Shown one piece after another: positions 17,324 to 26,917 of a stretch of 64,000 nt of DNA (its first letter is position 1; each line of letters begins with the position of its first letter). Location: NCBI GenBank assembly GCA_965222795.1, contig OZ244972.1, forward strand, positions 3,008,222 through 3,072,221, given 5' to 3'. This DNA is from Rhodospirillales bacterium (GTDB lineage Bacteria; Pseudomonadota; Alphaproteobacteria; Kiloniellales; CBDCUY01). A model generated the notes under the pieces. That model searched no databases and was not told the origin of the DNA. It was given only the letters and a program-made list of their open reading frames with translations. The translations under genes and the position numbers were made by a program.

Positions 17324-20194
17324 ATGCTTACCAAAAAGACGAATGGGGTGGCGAATGGCCCCCGTTTGTCCAAGGCGTTGGCTGGCGTCGTCGGCACAGC
17401 GATCGACCGTCGCACCTTCATCAAGCGATCCGGTTTGGCGGCCGGCGGCGTGGCAGCGTTCGCCACGGCGTCAAGCGGGATGGTCAAGAAGGCAACGGCA
17501 CAGTCGGCGGAAGCTGGCAACGTCACCAAAGTCAAAAGCGTTTGCACCCATTGTTCCGTGGGTTGCACGGTCATTGCCGAGGTGCAGGACGGGGTTTGGG
17601 TCGGACAAGAGCCGGGCTGGGATAGTCCTTTCAACCTGGGGGCTCATTGCGCCAAGGGCGCAGCCGTGCGCGAGCATGCGCATGGTCATCGCCGTTTGCG
17701 CCATCCGATGAAATTGGCTGGCGGCAAGTGGCAAAAGGTTAGCTGGGACGAGGCCATCAACGAGATCGGCGACAAGATGCTGGAGATCCGGGAAAGCTCG
17801 GGTCCCGATTCGGTCTATTGGCTAGGCTCGGCCAAACATTCGAACGAACAAGCCTATCTCTTCCGCAAGTTCTACGCCTTCTGGGGCACCAACAATGGTG
17901 ATCACCAAGCGCGGATTTGTCACTCCACCACAGTCGCAGGTGTGGCGAACACCTGGGGCTATGGCGCGATGACCAATTCTTATAACGACATCCACAATTC
18001 GCGCGCAATTTTCCAGATCGGCGGCAATCCGGCGGAGGCACATCCGGTCGCCCTGCAGCATATGTTGAAGGCGAAGGAGCAAAACAACGCGGCCTTCATC
18101 GTTTGCGATCCACGGTTTACCCGAACCGCGGCACATGCCGATGAGTATGTCCGCTTCCGGCCGGGTACCGACGTGGCCCTGATCTGGGGCATCCTTTGGC
18201 ATGTCTTTGAAAATGGCTGGGAAGACAAAGAGTTCATTCGCCAACGGGTCTGGGGGATGGATCAAATCCGCTCCGAGGTGGCGCAATGGACACCGGAGGA
18301 GACCGAGCGGGTGACGGGCGTACCGGGCTCGCAGCTTCGGCGGGTGGCCCGCACCCTAGCCAACAACCGGCCCTTCACCATCATCTGGTGCATGGGCGGC
18401 ACCCAGCATACCAATGGCAACAACAATACCCGTGCCTATTGCGCGCTGGGTCTGGCACTCGGCACCATTGGCACCTCGGGCGGCGGCGCCAACATCTTCC
18501 GCGGCCACGACAACGTGCAAGGGGCAACCGACCTCGGCGTGCTCTGCCACACCTTGCCAGGTTACTACGGCATCAAGACCGGCTCGTGGAAGCATTGGGG
18601 TCGGGTTTGGGATGTCGACTATGAGTACCTGAAGGGTCGCTTCGCATCGCAGGAGCTGATGGAATCCAAGGGCGTGCCGGTGTCGCGCTGGTTCGACCTG
18701 GTCTTGGAAGACAAGAACAACATCGACCAGCCCGATAATCTCAGGGCGATGGTTTTCCACGGCCATGCGCCGAACTCGCAGACCCGTCTGCCTGACATGA
18801 AGAAGGCCATGGAGAAGCTTGACCTCTTGGTCATCATCGATCCCTATCCGACCATGTCGGCGGTGATGCACGACCGCGAGGACGGGGTCTATCTTTTGCC
18901 GGCCGCGACGCAGTTCGAGACCTATGGCTCGGTGACCGCGTCAAACCGCTCGATTCAATGGCGCGACAAGGTCTTCGAGCCCTTCTTCGAGTGCAAACCG
19001 GACCACGAGATCCTCTATCTCTTGGCGGCCAAGCTCGGGTTTGCTGACGAGATGTTTAAGCACATCCAAGTCAACAACAACGAGCCCTTGGTCGAGGATA
19101 TTACGCGGGAAATTAACCGTGGTATGTGGACCATCGGCTATACCGGGCAATCGCCGGAACGCCTCAGGCTTCACATGGCCAATCAGGCAACCTTTGACAG
19201 GACCACCTTGCAGGCCCGCGGCGGTCCGGCCGATGGTGATTTCTACGGTATGCCCTGGCCTTGTTGGGGTACGCCGGAGATGGGTCACCCGGGCACGCCG
19301 GTGCTCTATGACACTTCGAGACCGGTGGCCGAAGGCGGCCTTTGCTTCCGGGCCCGCTTCGGGGTCGAGCGCGACGGCGACAACCTCTTGGCGGAGGGTA
19401 GTTTCCCGGTCGATTCGGAGATCAAGGACGGCTATCCAGAATTTACTATGGCCATGCTGCAAAAGCTTGGCTGGGATGCCGACTTGACCGACGAGGAACG
19501 CCAGACCATCGAAGCGATAGCCGGGGAGAAGACCAACTGGAAGACCGACCTCTCCGGCGGCATCCAGCGGGTTGCGATCAAGCATGGTTGCGCACCCTTT
19601 GGCAATGCCAAGGCACGGGTCGTGGTTTGGAATTTCCCGGATCCGGTACCGCTTCACCGCGAACCGCTTTATACCTCCAGGAGGGATTTGGTTGGCGATT
19701 ACCCGACCTATTCGGATCGCAAGATGTACCGTCTGCCGATCCTCTATAAATCGATCCAGGATAAGGACTTCACCGCCGACTTCCCGACCATCCTGACTTC
19801 CGGTCGGCTGGTAGAGTACGAGGGCGGCGGCGACGAAACCCGTTCCAATGCCTGGCTTGCTGAGCTGCAGCAGGACATGTTCGTGGAAGTGAATCCGGTC
19901 GATGCCAACAACGCGGGCTTCAAGGACGGCGATGACGTTTGGTTGCATTCTCCCGAAGGTGCCAAGCTGAAAGTCAAAGCCTTGGTGACCGAACGGGTTG
20001 GCGTTGGCGTTGCCTTCATGCCCTTCCATTTCGGTGGCCATTGGATGGGTGACAGCCTTCGCGATAAGTATCCGGAGGGGGCGGATCCCTATGTCCTTGG
20101 TGAAGCGGCCAACACAGGATTCACCTACGGCTATGACTCGGTAACGAACATGCAGGAAACCAAATGTTCGCTTTGCCGAATCGAACCAGCGTGA
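17324..20194 (+). CDS. formate dehydrogenase catalytic (alpha) subunit, Tat-exported, cysteine type
   Basis: 956 aa. Tat motif DRRTFIKRSG; N-terminal Fe-S motif CTHCSVGC; active-site ..ARICHSTTV.. with Cys codon TGT at 17918-17920 where FdnG has Sec. No in-frame TGA. Confidence 0.9.
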   Translation: MLTKKTNGVANGPRLSKALAGVVGTAIDRRTFIKRSGLAAGGVAAFATASSGMVKKATAQSAEAGNVTKVKSVCTHCSVGCTVIAEVQDGVWVGQEPGWDSPFNLGAHCAKGAAVREHAHGHRRLRHPMKLAGGKWQKVSWDEAINEIGDKMLEIRESSGPDSVYWLGSAKHSNEQAYLFRKFYAFWGTNNGDHQARICHSTTVAGVANTWGYGAMTNSYNDIHNSRAIFQIGGNPAEAHPVALQHMLKAKEQNNAAFIVCDPRFTRTAAHADEYVRFRPGTDVALIWGILWHVFENGWEDKEFIRQRVWGMDQIRSEVAQWTPEETERVTGVPGSQLRRVARTLANNRPFTIIWCMGGTQHTNGNNNTRAYCALGLALGTIGTSGGGANIFRGHDNVQGATDLGVLCHTLPGYYGIKTGSWKHWGRVWDVDYEYLKGRFASQELMESKGVPVSRWFDLVLEDKNNIDQPDNLRAMVFHGHAPNSQTRLPDMKKAMEKLDLLVIIDPYPTMSAVMHDREDGVYLLPAATQFETYGSVTASNRSIQWRDKVFEPFFECKPDHEILYLLAAKLGFADEMFKHIQVNNNEPLVEDITREINRGMWTIGYTGQSPERLRLHMANQATFDRTTLQARGGPADGDFYGMPWPCWGTPEMGHPGTPVLYDTSRPVAEGGLCFRARFGVERDGDNLLAEGSFPVDSEIKDGYPEFTMAMLQKLGWDADLTDEERQTIEAIAGEKTNWKTDLSGGIQRVAIKHGCAPFGNAKARVVVWNFPDPVPLHREPLYTSRRDLVGDYPTYSDRKMYRLPILYKSIQDKDFTADFPTILTSGRLVEYEGGGDETRSNAWLAELQQDMFVEVNPVDANNAGFKDGDDVWLHSPEGAKLKVKALVTERVGVGVAFMPFHFGGHWMGDSLRDKYPEGADPYVLGEAANTGFTYGYDSVTNMQETKCSLCRIEPA

Positions 20195-20208
20195 GGAGGC
20201 TCTAAGTC

Positions 20209-20805
20209 ATGGCACGTATGAAATTCCTGTGTGACGCTGAGCGTTGTATCGAATGCAACGCCTGTGTAACCGCATGCAAGAACGAGCATGAGATCCCTTG
20301 GGGCGTCAATCGTCGGCGCGTGGTCACCATCAATGACGGCGAGCCGGGTGAACGTTCGATCTCGGTTGCCTGTATGCATTGTTCGGATGCGCCCTGCATG
20401 GCGGTTTGCCCGGTCGATTGCTTCTATCAATCCGAAGAGGGTGTCGTCCTGCACTCCAAGGATCTCTGCATCGGCTGTGGGTATTGCTTCTATGCCTGTC
20501 CCTTCGGGGCTCCGCAATTTCCGCAGGCCGGCAATTACGGCAGCCGCGGGAAGATGGACAAATGCACCTTCTGCGCCGGCGGGCCGGAAGAGGATATGTC
20601 TGCGACCGAGTTCTCGAAGTACGGGCGCAATCGCCTGGCCGAAGGCAAGCTACCGATCTGTGCCGAGATGTGTGCGACCAAGGCCCTGCTGGCCGGTGAC
20701 GGTGACACGGTCTCGGACATCTATCGGGAACGAGTCGTCGCCCGCGGCTTTGGCTCTGGCGCTTGGGGTTGGGGGACCGCATATCAGCGTAAAGCTGGGT
20801 CGTGA
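20209..20805 (+). CDS. formate dehydrogenase iron-sulfur (beta) subunit
   Basis: 198 aa with four CxxCxxCxxxC(P)-type ferredoxin motifs (CIECNAC..C, CMHCSDAPC, CIGCGYCFYAC, CTFC..). No C-terminal TM anchor. Confidence 0.85.
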   Translation: MARMKFLCDAERCIECNACVTACKNEHEIPWGVNRRRVVTINDGEPGERSISVACMHCSDAPCMAVCPVDCFYQSEEGVVLHSKDLCIGCGYCFYACPFGAPQFPQAGNYGSRGKMDKCTFCAGGPEEDMSATEFSKYGRNRLAEGKLPICAEMCATKALLAGDGDTVSDIYRERVVARGFGSGAWGWGTAYQRKAGS

Positions 20806-21075
20806 TTGATCTTCCCAGCGCTGGCCGCTGATAGAATTTTGGGGGCGGCATGAGGCGTGCCGCCCCCGGTTCTATTCGGGCTCTCGACGACGTCGCAGAA
20901 TCGCTGTTGCTGGCGAGTATAGACTGGGCCTGGCGGCGTTTCTGGCGAACAGGGCCGGGTCGGTCCGACGCGCGGGATTGGCAGACAAGATCACTGAGGG
21001 TCAGGTCCCGTTCGGAAGATTTGTCAAAGATTAACCTGCCGGTGAGTAGCCTTTCCCTGAAGGACGTGTAAGAGA

Positions 21076-22242
21076 ATGAGTTTCGTTATGATGTGGGGCG
21101 ACCAAAACCTGCGACGCGCATGGGCTGGACTGGCGTTGCTGGTTTTTCTCGCTGGCGGGCTCGCCCTTGATGTCACCTCGGCGCAGGCGGCAACGGAGGA
21201 CGAAATCCTACGTCGACAGACCCCCGTCGAGGGCAACGTCCCGGGCGGCTCCTTGGGCAATGACAGCAATTCTGAGATTTGGCGGGCTATTCGGCATGGG
21301 GAAGTCGGCAAGGTGTCGGGTCCCAACGCGGACTCGGGTTTGATGATCCAATCCGAAGGTGAAGATTGGCGCAGTTTCCGAAACGGGCCGCTGCCAGAAT
21401 TTGGTGCCTGGATTCTGGGCGGCATTGTGGTCTTGCTGGCGCTCTTCTTCTTTCTGCGCGGCCGCATTCGCATCGATGGCGGGCCGAGCGACCGGACGAT
21501 CGAGCGCTTCAATACCATTGAACGCATCGTCCATTGGACCACGGCTGTCTCCTTCATCATTCTAGCGATCACCGGTCTTAACTTGATTTACGGCCGGACT
21601 CTGCTGTTGCCGATCCTGGGACCCGATATTTTTGCGACGCTGACGATCCTGGGAAAGTACGCGCATAATTATGTCGCCTTCGCCTTCATGCTCGGCGTGA
21701 TCATGATGTTCCTGTTCTGGGTTCGCCATAATCTGCCCAGCCGCTATGACCTGGTCTGGATCGCGGAAGGCGGTGGCCTCTTCAAGAAAGGCGGTGGCCT
21801 CTTCAAGAAGGGCGTTCATCCGCCTTCGAAGAAGTTCAATGCCGGTCAAAAGGTCATTTTTTGGGCCGTCATTCTCGGTGGATTCTCGATCAGTCTATCC
21901 GGCATTTCCCTCATGTTTCCCTTCGAGATAGCGATGTTCGAACCGACCTTTCGGGTTTTGAACGTCATGGGTTTCAATCTTCCGGCCGAACTCACCCCCA
22001 TGCAGGAAATGCACTATTCGCAAATGTGGCACAGCCTGGTCGCCTTGGTTCTCATCGCGATCGTGTTGGCACACGTCTACATTGGATCGCTTGGCATGGA
22101 AGGCGCCTTTTCCGCTATGGGATCGGGCCAGGTCGACGAGAACTGGGCGCGTGAACATCATAGCCTGTGGGTGGCGGACGTTAAGGGGGAGCCCGTTCCG
22201 GGTCCCGATGATTCTTCAGGCCAGCAGCAGGCGGCCGAATGA
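21076..22242 (+). CDS. formate dehydrogenase gamma subunit (cytochrome b) with an N-terminal periplasmic extension
   Basis: 388 aa. Signal/TM segment, then ..RFNTIERIVHWT.. and four TM helices with conserved His residues, and ..KFNAGQK... Confidence 0.8.
   Translation: MSFVMMWGDQNLRRAWAGLALLVFLAGGLALDVTSAQAATEDEILRRQTPVEGNVPGGSLGNDSNSEIWRAIRHGEVGKVSGPNADSGLMIQSEGEDWRSFRNGPLPEFGAWILGGIVVLLALFFFLRGRIRIDGGPSDRTIERFNTIERIVHWTTAVSFIILAITGLNLIYGRTLLLPILGPDIFATLTILGKYAHNYVAFAFMLGVIMMFLFWVRHNLPSRYDLVWIAEGGGLFKKGGGLFKKGVHPPSKKFNAGQKVIFWAVILGGFSISLSGISLMFPFEIAMFEPTFRVLNVMGFNLPAELTPMQEMHYSQMWHSLVALVLIAIVLAHVYIGSLGMEGAFSAMGSGQVDENWAREHHSLWVADVKGEPVPGPDDSSGQQQAAE
21769..21810 (+). repeat. 21-bp tandem duplication (20/21), in frame in the FDH gamma subunit (..GGGLFKKGGGLFKKG..)
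   Basis: ggcggtggcctcttcaagaaa (21769-21789) is followed by ggcggtggcctcttcaagaag (21790-21810). Confidence 0.95.
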
Positions 22243-22341
22243 CCCATTGGCCCTCTCAGATCCGGCTTTGGTCCTGGGCTGCTAAGGGACCGACGCCCTC
22301 GGCCTGGGTGGCGATCCGACACTTGGGGCAAGTTGCCCGAC

Positions 22342-23718
22342 ATGAGCCCTGCAAGATCACATAGCTGCCTTCTCGCCCTTGCGCGGTTCCGCGGTTCCTT
22401 AGTGGGAGTCATCGCCACACTGCTTATGATCGGCATCGTGGCTTTGCCGCCCGAAAGCCGCGGCGAGCTCTTGGGCCACGGCGGCTTTGTAAAAGGGGTG
22501 GCGGTTTCCCCGGACGGCACCACCGCCTTAACGGCAAGCTTCGACTACACCGTGATCTACTGGGATCTGAGCGAGCAAAGGGCGATCCGGGTGTTGAATG
22601 AGCACGAAGGCGGCGTCAACGCGGTCGCCTTTCTGCCAAACGCCGGGAAAGCCATTTCGGCAAGCGATGACGGCAGCTTGATCCTCTGGGACTTGCAGAA
22701 CAGCGGTCTTCTGCATCGCTTTGACGGCCACAAGGGTAAGGCCGTCGCGGTTTCGGTCTCCCCTGACGGCCTTCTTGCGGTGTCGGCGGGTTGGGACAAG
22801 CGGCTTCGGCTCTGGGACCTGCAGGACCGAGTACCCCTCGGCGATATCCAAGCACTGCGGAGCCACGCCAATGCTGTTGCCTTTTCCCCTGACGGCACGC
22901 AAATACTGAGTGGCGGGCATGATGGCGCGCTTGATCTTTGGCAGGTTTCGGATCGCAGGCGCCTCGATCGTTTCGTCGGACATGATTTTGCGGTCACATC
23001 GCTTGACTTCACGCCGGACGGTCGACGGGCTATCTCGGCGAGCATCGATGAATCGCTGCGGTTCTGGGATCTTGCGCGCGGTGAAACGATTCTTACTTTA
23101 AGGGGTCATGAAGGACCGGTGCTGGCGGCCAGAGTGTCGCCGGATGGCCGCATTGCGGCATCGGCTGGCATCGATCGCGTGATACGTCTGTGGGACTTGG
23201 AGGACGGTGATCTGGTGGCTGAACTTCATGGTCATGGCGACACCGTTTGGTCATTGGCTTTTACCCCGGATGGCAAGAGGCTTTTGTCCGCAGGTTCCGA
23301 CGAAGTCGTGCGTCTGTGGGACCTGGAGAGCTTTCGCGAAGTGTCGGCCAGCTTGGCTTCGGCTGACGGCACTGATGTGACAGCCTTGCCGCCGGGTGAA
23401 GCGCGCGGACGGGACTTGTTCCGTAAATGCGCCGTTTGCCATACCACGCAGCCTGGCGGCGGCAATCGAGCCGGTCCGCCGCTCTTCGGCGTGTTTGGTC
23501 GCCGCGCAGGTTCCGTGAAGGGCTACAAGTATTCTAAAGCCTTGGCGGAGAGCGACCTGATATGGGATGACGCGACCATCGACGCACTCTTTTCGAAGGG
23601 GCCTGACGTCTTGACCCCCGGTTCGAAAATGCCATTGCAGCGCATGCCGAACGCCGATGATCGGGCAAAACTGATCGCCTATCTCAAACAGATAACCGCG
23701 CCGTCGAATGACGATTGA
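22342..23718 (+). CDS. WD40 beta-propeller fused to a C-terminal class I c-type cytochrome domain
   Basis: N-terminal hydrophobic segment LVGVIATLLMIGIVAL, about 7 WD repeats (..LWDL.. recurring), a C-terminal heme motif CAVCHT and a distal ..GSKMPLQRM... ATG 22342 (TTG 22333 alternative). Confidence 0.8.
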   Translation: MSPARSHSCLLALARFRGSLVGVIATLLMIGIVALPPESRGELLGHGGFVKGVAVSPDGTTALTASFDYTVIYWDLSEQRAIRVLNEHEGGVNAVAFLPNAGKAISASDDGSLILWDLQNSGLLHRFDGHKGKAVAVSVSPDGLLAVSAGWDKRLRLWDLQDRVPLGDIQALRSHANAVAFSPDGTQILSGGHDGALDLWQVSDRRRLDRFVGHDFAVTSLDFTPDGRRAISASIDESLRFWDLARGETILTLRGHEGPVLAARVSPDGRIAASAGIDRVIRLWDLEDGDLVAELHGHGDTVWSLAFTPDGKRLLSAGSDEVVRLWDLESFREVSASLASADGTDVTALPPGEARGRDLFRKCAVCHTTQPGGGNRAGPPLFGVFGRRAGSVKGYKYSKALAESDLIWDDATIDALFSKGPDVLTPGSKMPLQRMPNADDRAKLIAYLKQITAPSNDD

Positions 23719-23785
23719 TGGGTACCCGCCGCGCCAGTCCGCTCACGCGTGCCCAGCCAGATGGCGAGGAAGTTGGAGTGAGTAG

Positions 23786-23908
23786 ATGAAAGCCTTCATA
23801 CTATCTCTGGTCGTCATACTAGTGGTCTCTGCCGCTGCGGCACTTGGCCTGCAGAGCCTGGGGTTCTCCTCCGCCGAGACTTACTCAACGGAGAACGTCC
23901 GCCTCTAG
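23786..23908 (+). CDS. possible 40-aa small membrane protein
   Basis: ATG 23786 lies 7 nt after GGAG. MKAFILSLVVILVVSAAAALGLQSLGFSSAETYSTENVRL has one clear TM helix. It is below the ORF-track size cutoff. Confidence 0.3.
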   Translation: MKAFILSLVVILVVSAAAALGLQSLGFSSAETYSTENVRL

Positions 23909-23991
23909 TGTTATTGCCGTTCGAGGGCTTCGCGCATCAAGGCCTCGACTTCCTTCCTGACCGCCGATCATCTCGGCCGCTTGGAGGTCGG

Positions 23992-24138
23992 TCAGACTGT
24001 CGTTTGCGGCCACCGCTGGGTCTGCGCCCCAAGCCAAGAGCTCGGCACCGGCGCATGCAGGGTCGGGAAGCTGGCAACAAGAACCGCCCAGAAAAAGCCG
24101 AGGGCACAGCCGACCAAGCGGGCGGCTCTACCCGTCAT
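23992..24138 (-). CDS. possible 48-aa small membrane protein immediately downstream of fdsA
   Basis: ATG 24138 lies 7 nt after GAGG and 19 nt after the fdsA stop. MTGRAARLVGCALGFFWAVLVASF.. has one TM helix, and third codon positions are mostly G/C. Confidence 0.25.
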   Translation of the reverse strand: MTGRAARLVGCALGFFWAVLVASFPTLHAPVPSSWLGAQTQRWPQTTV

Positions 24139-24157
24139 GGCACAACCTCGATCGGCT

Positions 24158-26917
24158 TTACTCGGCTGCCGCCGGCACCTCCACCCGTGCCGCGCAGAAC
24201 TTGAACTCCGGAATCTTGCCATAGGGGTCTAGCTGCGGGTTGGTCAGCAAGTTGGCGGCCGCCTCGGCAAAACAGAAGGGGATGAACACCATGCCTTCCG
24301 GGACATCCCGGTCTTCGCGCGCCTTCAGCAGGACCCTGCCGCGGCGGGTGGCGACGCTCACCCTGGCACCGGCGGCAACCCCGAGTTTCCTGAGATCCTG
24401 TCGGTTCAGCATGGCGACGGCCTCAGGCTCCAGGTCGTCGAGCAGAGAGGAGCGGCGGCTCATCGCGCCGGTATGCCAATGTTCCAACATGCGGCCGGTG
24501 GTCAGCACCATGGGGTAGTCCTCGTCGGGGAGTTCGTCAGGCGGCACCAGCCCAGCCGGCACGATGCGTCCGCGCCCACTTGCCGTGGGAAAACCATCGC
24601 CGAACATGATCTCGTTGCCGGGTTTGTCCGGGGCATCCGCCGGGTAGGTGACGGCGTCTTCGCGCTGCAGCCGTTCCCAGGAGATATTGGCAAGCGAGGG
24701 CATGATCTGGGCCATCTCGCGGTAAATGTCGCTGGTGTGACTGTAGTCCCAATCGAGCCCGATGCGGCGGGCGATCTCTTGAGTAATCCACCAGTCCTGG
24801 CGCGCGTCGCCTGGCGGATCGAGCACCTGGCGGGCGATCTGTACCTGCCGATTGGTGTTGGTGAAGGTGCCGGTCTTTTCCGCGTGGGCGCTTGCTGGCA
24901 GTACGACATCGGCATGCCAGGCGGTCTCGGTCAAGAAGATATCTTGCACGACCAGATGCTCCAGCTTGGCGAGCGCGGCGCGGGCGTGGGCCTGGTCCGG
25001 GTCTGACATGGCCGGGTTCTCGCCCATGATGTACATGGCCTTGATTTCATCGGCGAGGATGGCGTTGACGATCTCGACGACGGTCAGCCCTTTTTGGGGA
25101 TTCAGCGACCTGCCCCAGAACTCTTCAAAGAGGGCGCGAATCTCCGGTGCTTCGACGGCGCGGTAGTCCGGGTAGACCATAGGGATTAGGCCGGCATCGG
25201 AGGCACCTTGCACATTGTTCTGCCCGCGCAGAGGGTGCAGTCCGGTGCCCGGGCGCCCGACCTGGCCGGTGATCAGCGCCAGGCTGATCAGGCAGCGGGC
25301 GTTATCCGTGCCATGCACATGCTGGGAAATGCCCATACCCCAGAAGATGATCGAAGTGCGGGCCGTGGCGTAAACCCGGGCGACATCGCGGATGGTTTCC
25401 GCCTCGATCCCGCAGAGAGAGGCCATGCGCTCCGGTGAAAAGTCCTTAATGTGCGCCCTTAACGCTTCGAAGCCTTCCGTGTGGGCGGCGACGTACTGGC
25501 GGTCGTACAACTGCTCTTCGACGATGGTGTGCAGCATGGCATTCAACAGTGCCACGTCCTGGCCTGGCTTGAACTGCAGCATCCAGTCGGCATAGCGCGA
25601 CAGGCCTTGGCGGCGCGGATCCATGACAATCAGCTTGGCACCACGCTTGCCGGCGTTCTTGAGGAAGGTCGCTGCGACCGGGTGATTTTGCGCCGGTCGG
25701 GCACCGATTACGATGATGCATTCGGCCTCAGCGGCGGCGGTGAAGGGGGCGGTGACGGCGCCCGAGCCGATGCCTTCCATAAGCGCTGCGACCGAAGAGG
25801 CATGACAAAGGCGCGTGCAATGGTCAACGTTGTTGGTGCCAAATCCGCTGCGCACCAACTTCTGGAAAAGATAGGCTTCTTCGTTCGAGCCTTTGGCGGA
25901 ACCGAAGCCGGCCAAGGCCTGGCCGCCTTCGCGATCACGAACCTTGTTGAGCCCCTCGGCTGCTGCTGTCAAGGCTTCCTCCCAGCTCGCCTCGCGGAAG
26001 TGGGTGAGGGGATTGGCCGGGTCGATCTGGAGCGCCGCGTCCTTGGGCGCATCTTCGCGCCGGATTAGCGGTCGCGTGAGGCGGTGCGGATGGCTGATGT
26101 AGTCGTAGCCGAAGCGTCCCTTGACGCAGAGCCGGTTGCGGTTGGCCGGGCCATCGCGGCCATCGACCTGCAGGATCTTGTCGTCCTTGACATAAACCGT
26201 GGTCTGACAACCGACACCGCAATAGGGACAAAGCGTGTCGACACTGCGCTCGGCAAAGCCCTGCCGCACGCCTGCATCATCGAGCAGGCTTGCTTCCATC
26301 AGGGCGCCCGTCGGGCAGGCCTGCACACACTCGCCGCAGGCCACGCAGGTGCTGTCGCCCATGGGATCGTCGAAGTCGAAGATGACGCGCGCGCCATGGC
26401 CGCGGTAGGCCATGCCGATCACGTCGTTGACCTGGACCTCCCGGCAGGCGCGGACGCAGAGCGTGCAGTTGATGCAGGCGTCGAGATTGACGCGCATGGC
26501 TAGATGGCTGGAATCCGGTTCGATAGCCGCTCGTGCTGGGTAGCGGCTGCCCGTTACGCCGATCCTATCTGCCCAGTTCCAGAGCTTGGACTCCGGGTCA
26601 TGCGCCTTTTCCCGTGAAGGCTGGTCGGCTATCAGCAGCTCGAAGACCATCTCCCGCGCCTTCTTGGCCCGCTCCGAGGCAGTCTTGACCACCATGCCGG
26701 GCGAAGGCTTGCGAATGCAGGATGCGGCCAGGACCCTTTCGCCCTCGATCTCAACCATGCAAGCCCGGCAATTGCCGTCCGGCCGGTAGCCTGGCTCCGG
26801 TGCATAGCAAAGGTGTGGAATTTCAACACCTTGTCGCTGAGCTGCCTGCCAGATGGTCTCATCGGCCCCGGCTTCGACCTCCTCGCCATTCAGGCTGAAG
26901 ACAATCTTCTTGGTCAT
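24158..26917 (-). CDS. fdsA: NAD-linked formate dehydrogenase alpha subunit (FdsA/Fdh1A type, NuoG-like N-terminus)
   Basis: ATG 26917 overlaps the upstream stop (ATGA) and has RBS GGAGGA. It has an N-terminal 2Fe-2S and multiple 4Fe-4S Cys motifs. Active site ..HCTRLCHASSV.. is Cys-type. Confidence 0.9.
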   Translation of the reverse strand: MTKKIVFSLNGEEVEAGADETIWQAAQRQGVEIPHLCYAPEPGYRPDGNCRACMVEIEGERVLAASCIRKPSPGMVVKTASERAKKAREMVFELLIADQPSREKAHDPESKLWNWADRIGVTGSRYPARAAIEPDSSHLAMRVNLDACINCTLCVRACREVQVNDVIGMAYRGHGARVIFDFDDPMGDSTCVACGECVQACPTGALMEASLLDDAGVRQGFAERSVDTLCPYCGVGCQTTVYVKDDKILQVDGRDGPANRNRLCVKGRFGYDYISHPHRLTRPLIRREDAPKDAALQIDPANPLTHFREASWEEALTAAAEGLNKVRDREGGQALAGFGSAKGSNEEAYLFQKLVRSGFGTNNVDHCTRLCHASSVAALMEGIGSGAVTAPFTAAAEAECIIVIGARPAQNHPVAATFLKNAGKRGAKLIVMDPRRQGLSRYADWMLQFKPGQDVALLNAMLHTIVEEQLYDRQYVAAHTEGFEALRAHIKDFSPERMASLCGIEAETIRDVARVYATARTSIIFWGMGISQHVHGTDNARCLISLALITGQVGRPGTGLHPLRGQNNVQGASDAGLIPMVYPDYRAVEAPEIRALFEEFWGRSLNPQKGLTVVEIVNAILADEIKAMYIMGENPAMSDPDQAHARAALAKLEHLVVQDIFLTETAWHADVVLPASAHAEKTGTFTNTNRQVQIARQVLDPPGDARQDWWITQEIARRIGLDWDYSHTSDIYREMAQIMPSLANISWERLQREDAVTYPADAPDKPGNEIMFGDGFPTASGRGRIVPAGLVPPDELPDEDYPMVLTTGRMLEHWHTGAMSRRSSLLDDLEPEAVAMLNRQDLRKLGVAAGARVSVATRRGRVLLKAREDRDVPEGMVFIPFCFAEAAANLLTNPQLDPYGKIPEFKFCAARVEVPAAAE

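Noticed and set aside
23909-24157. fdsC/fdsD-like genes expected downstream of fdsA.
   Set aside because: No frame gives an FdsD-like (~70 aa, soluble) or FdhD-like product. Only a 48-aa hydrophobic ORF is present, reported separately at low confidence.
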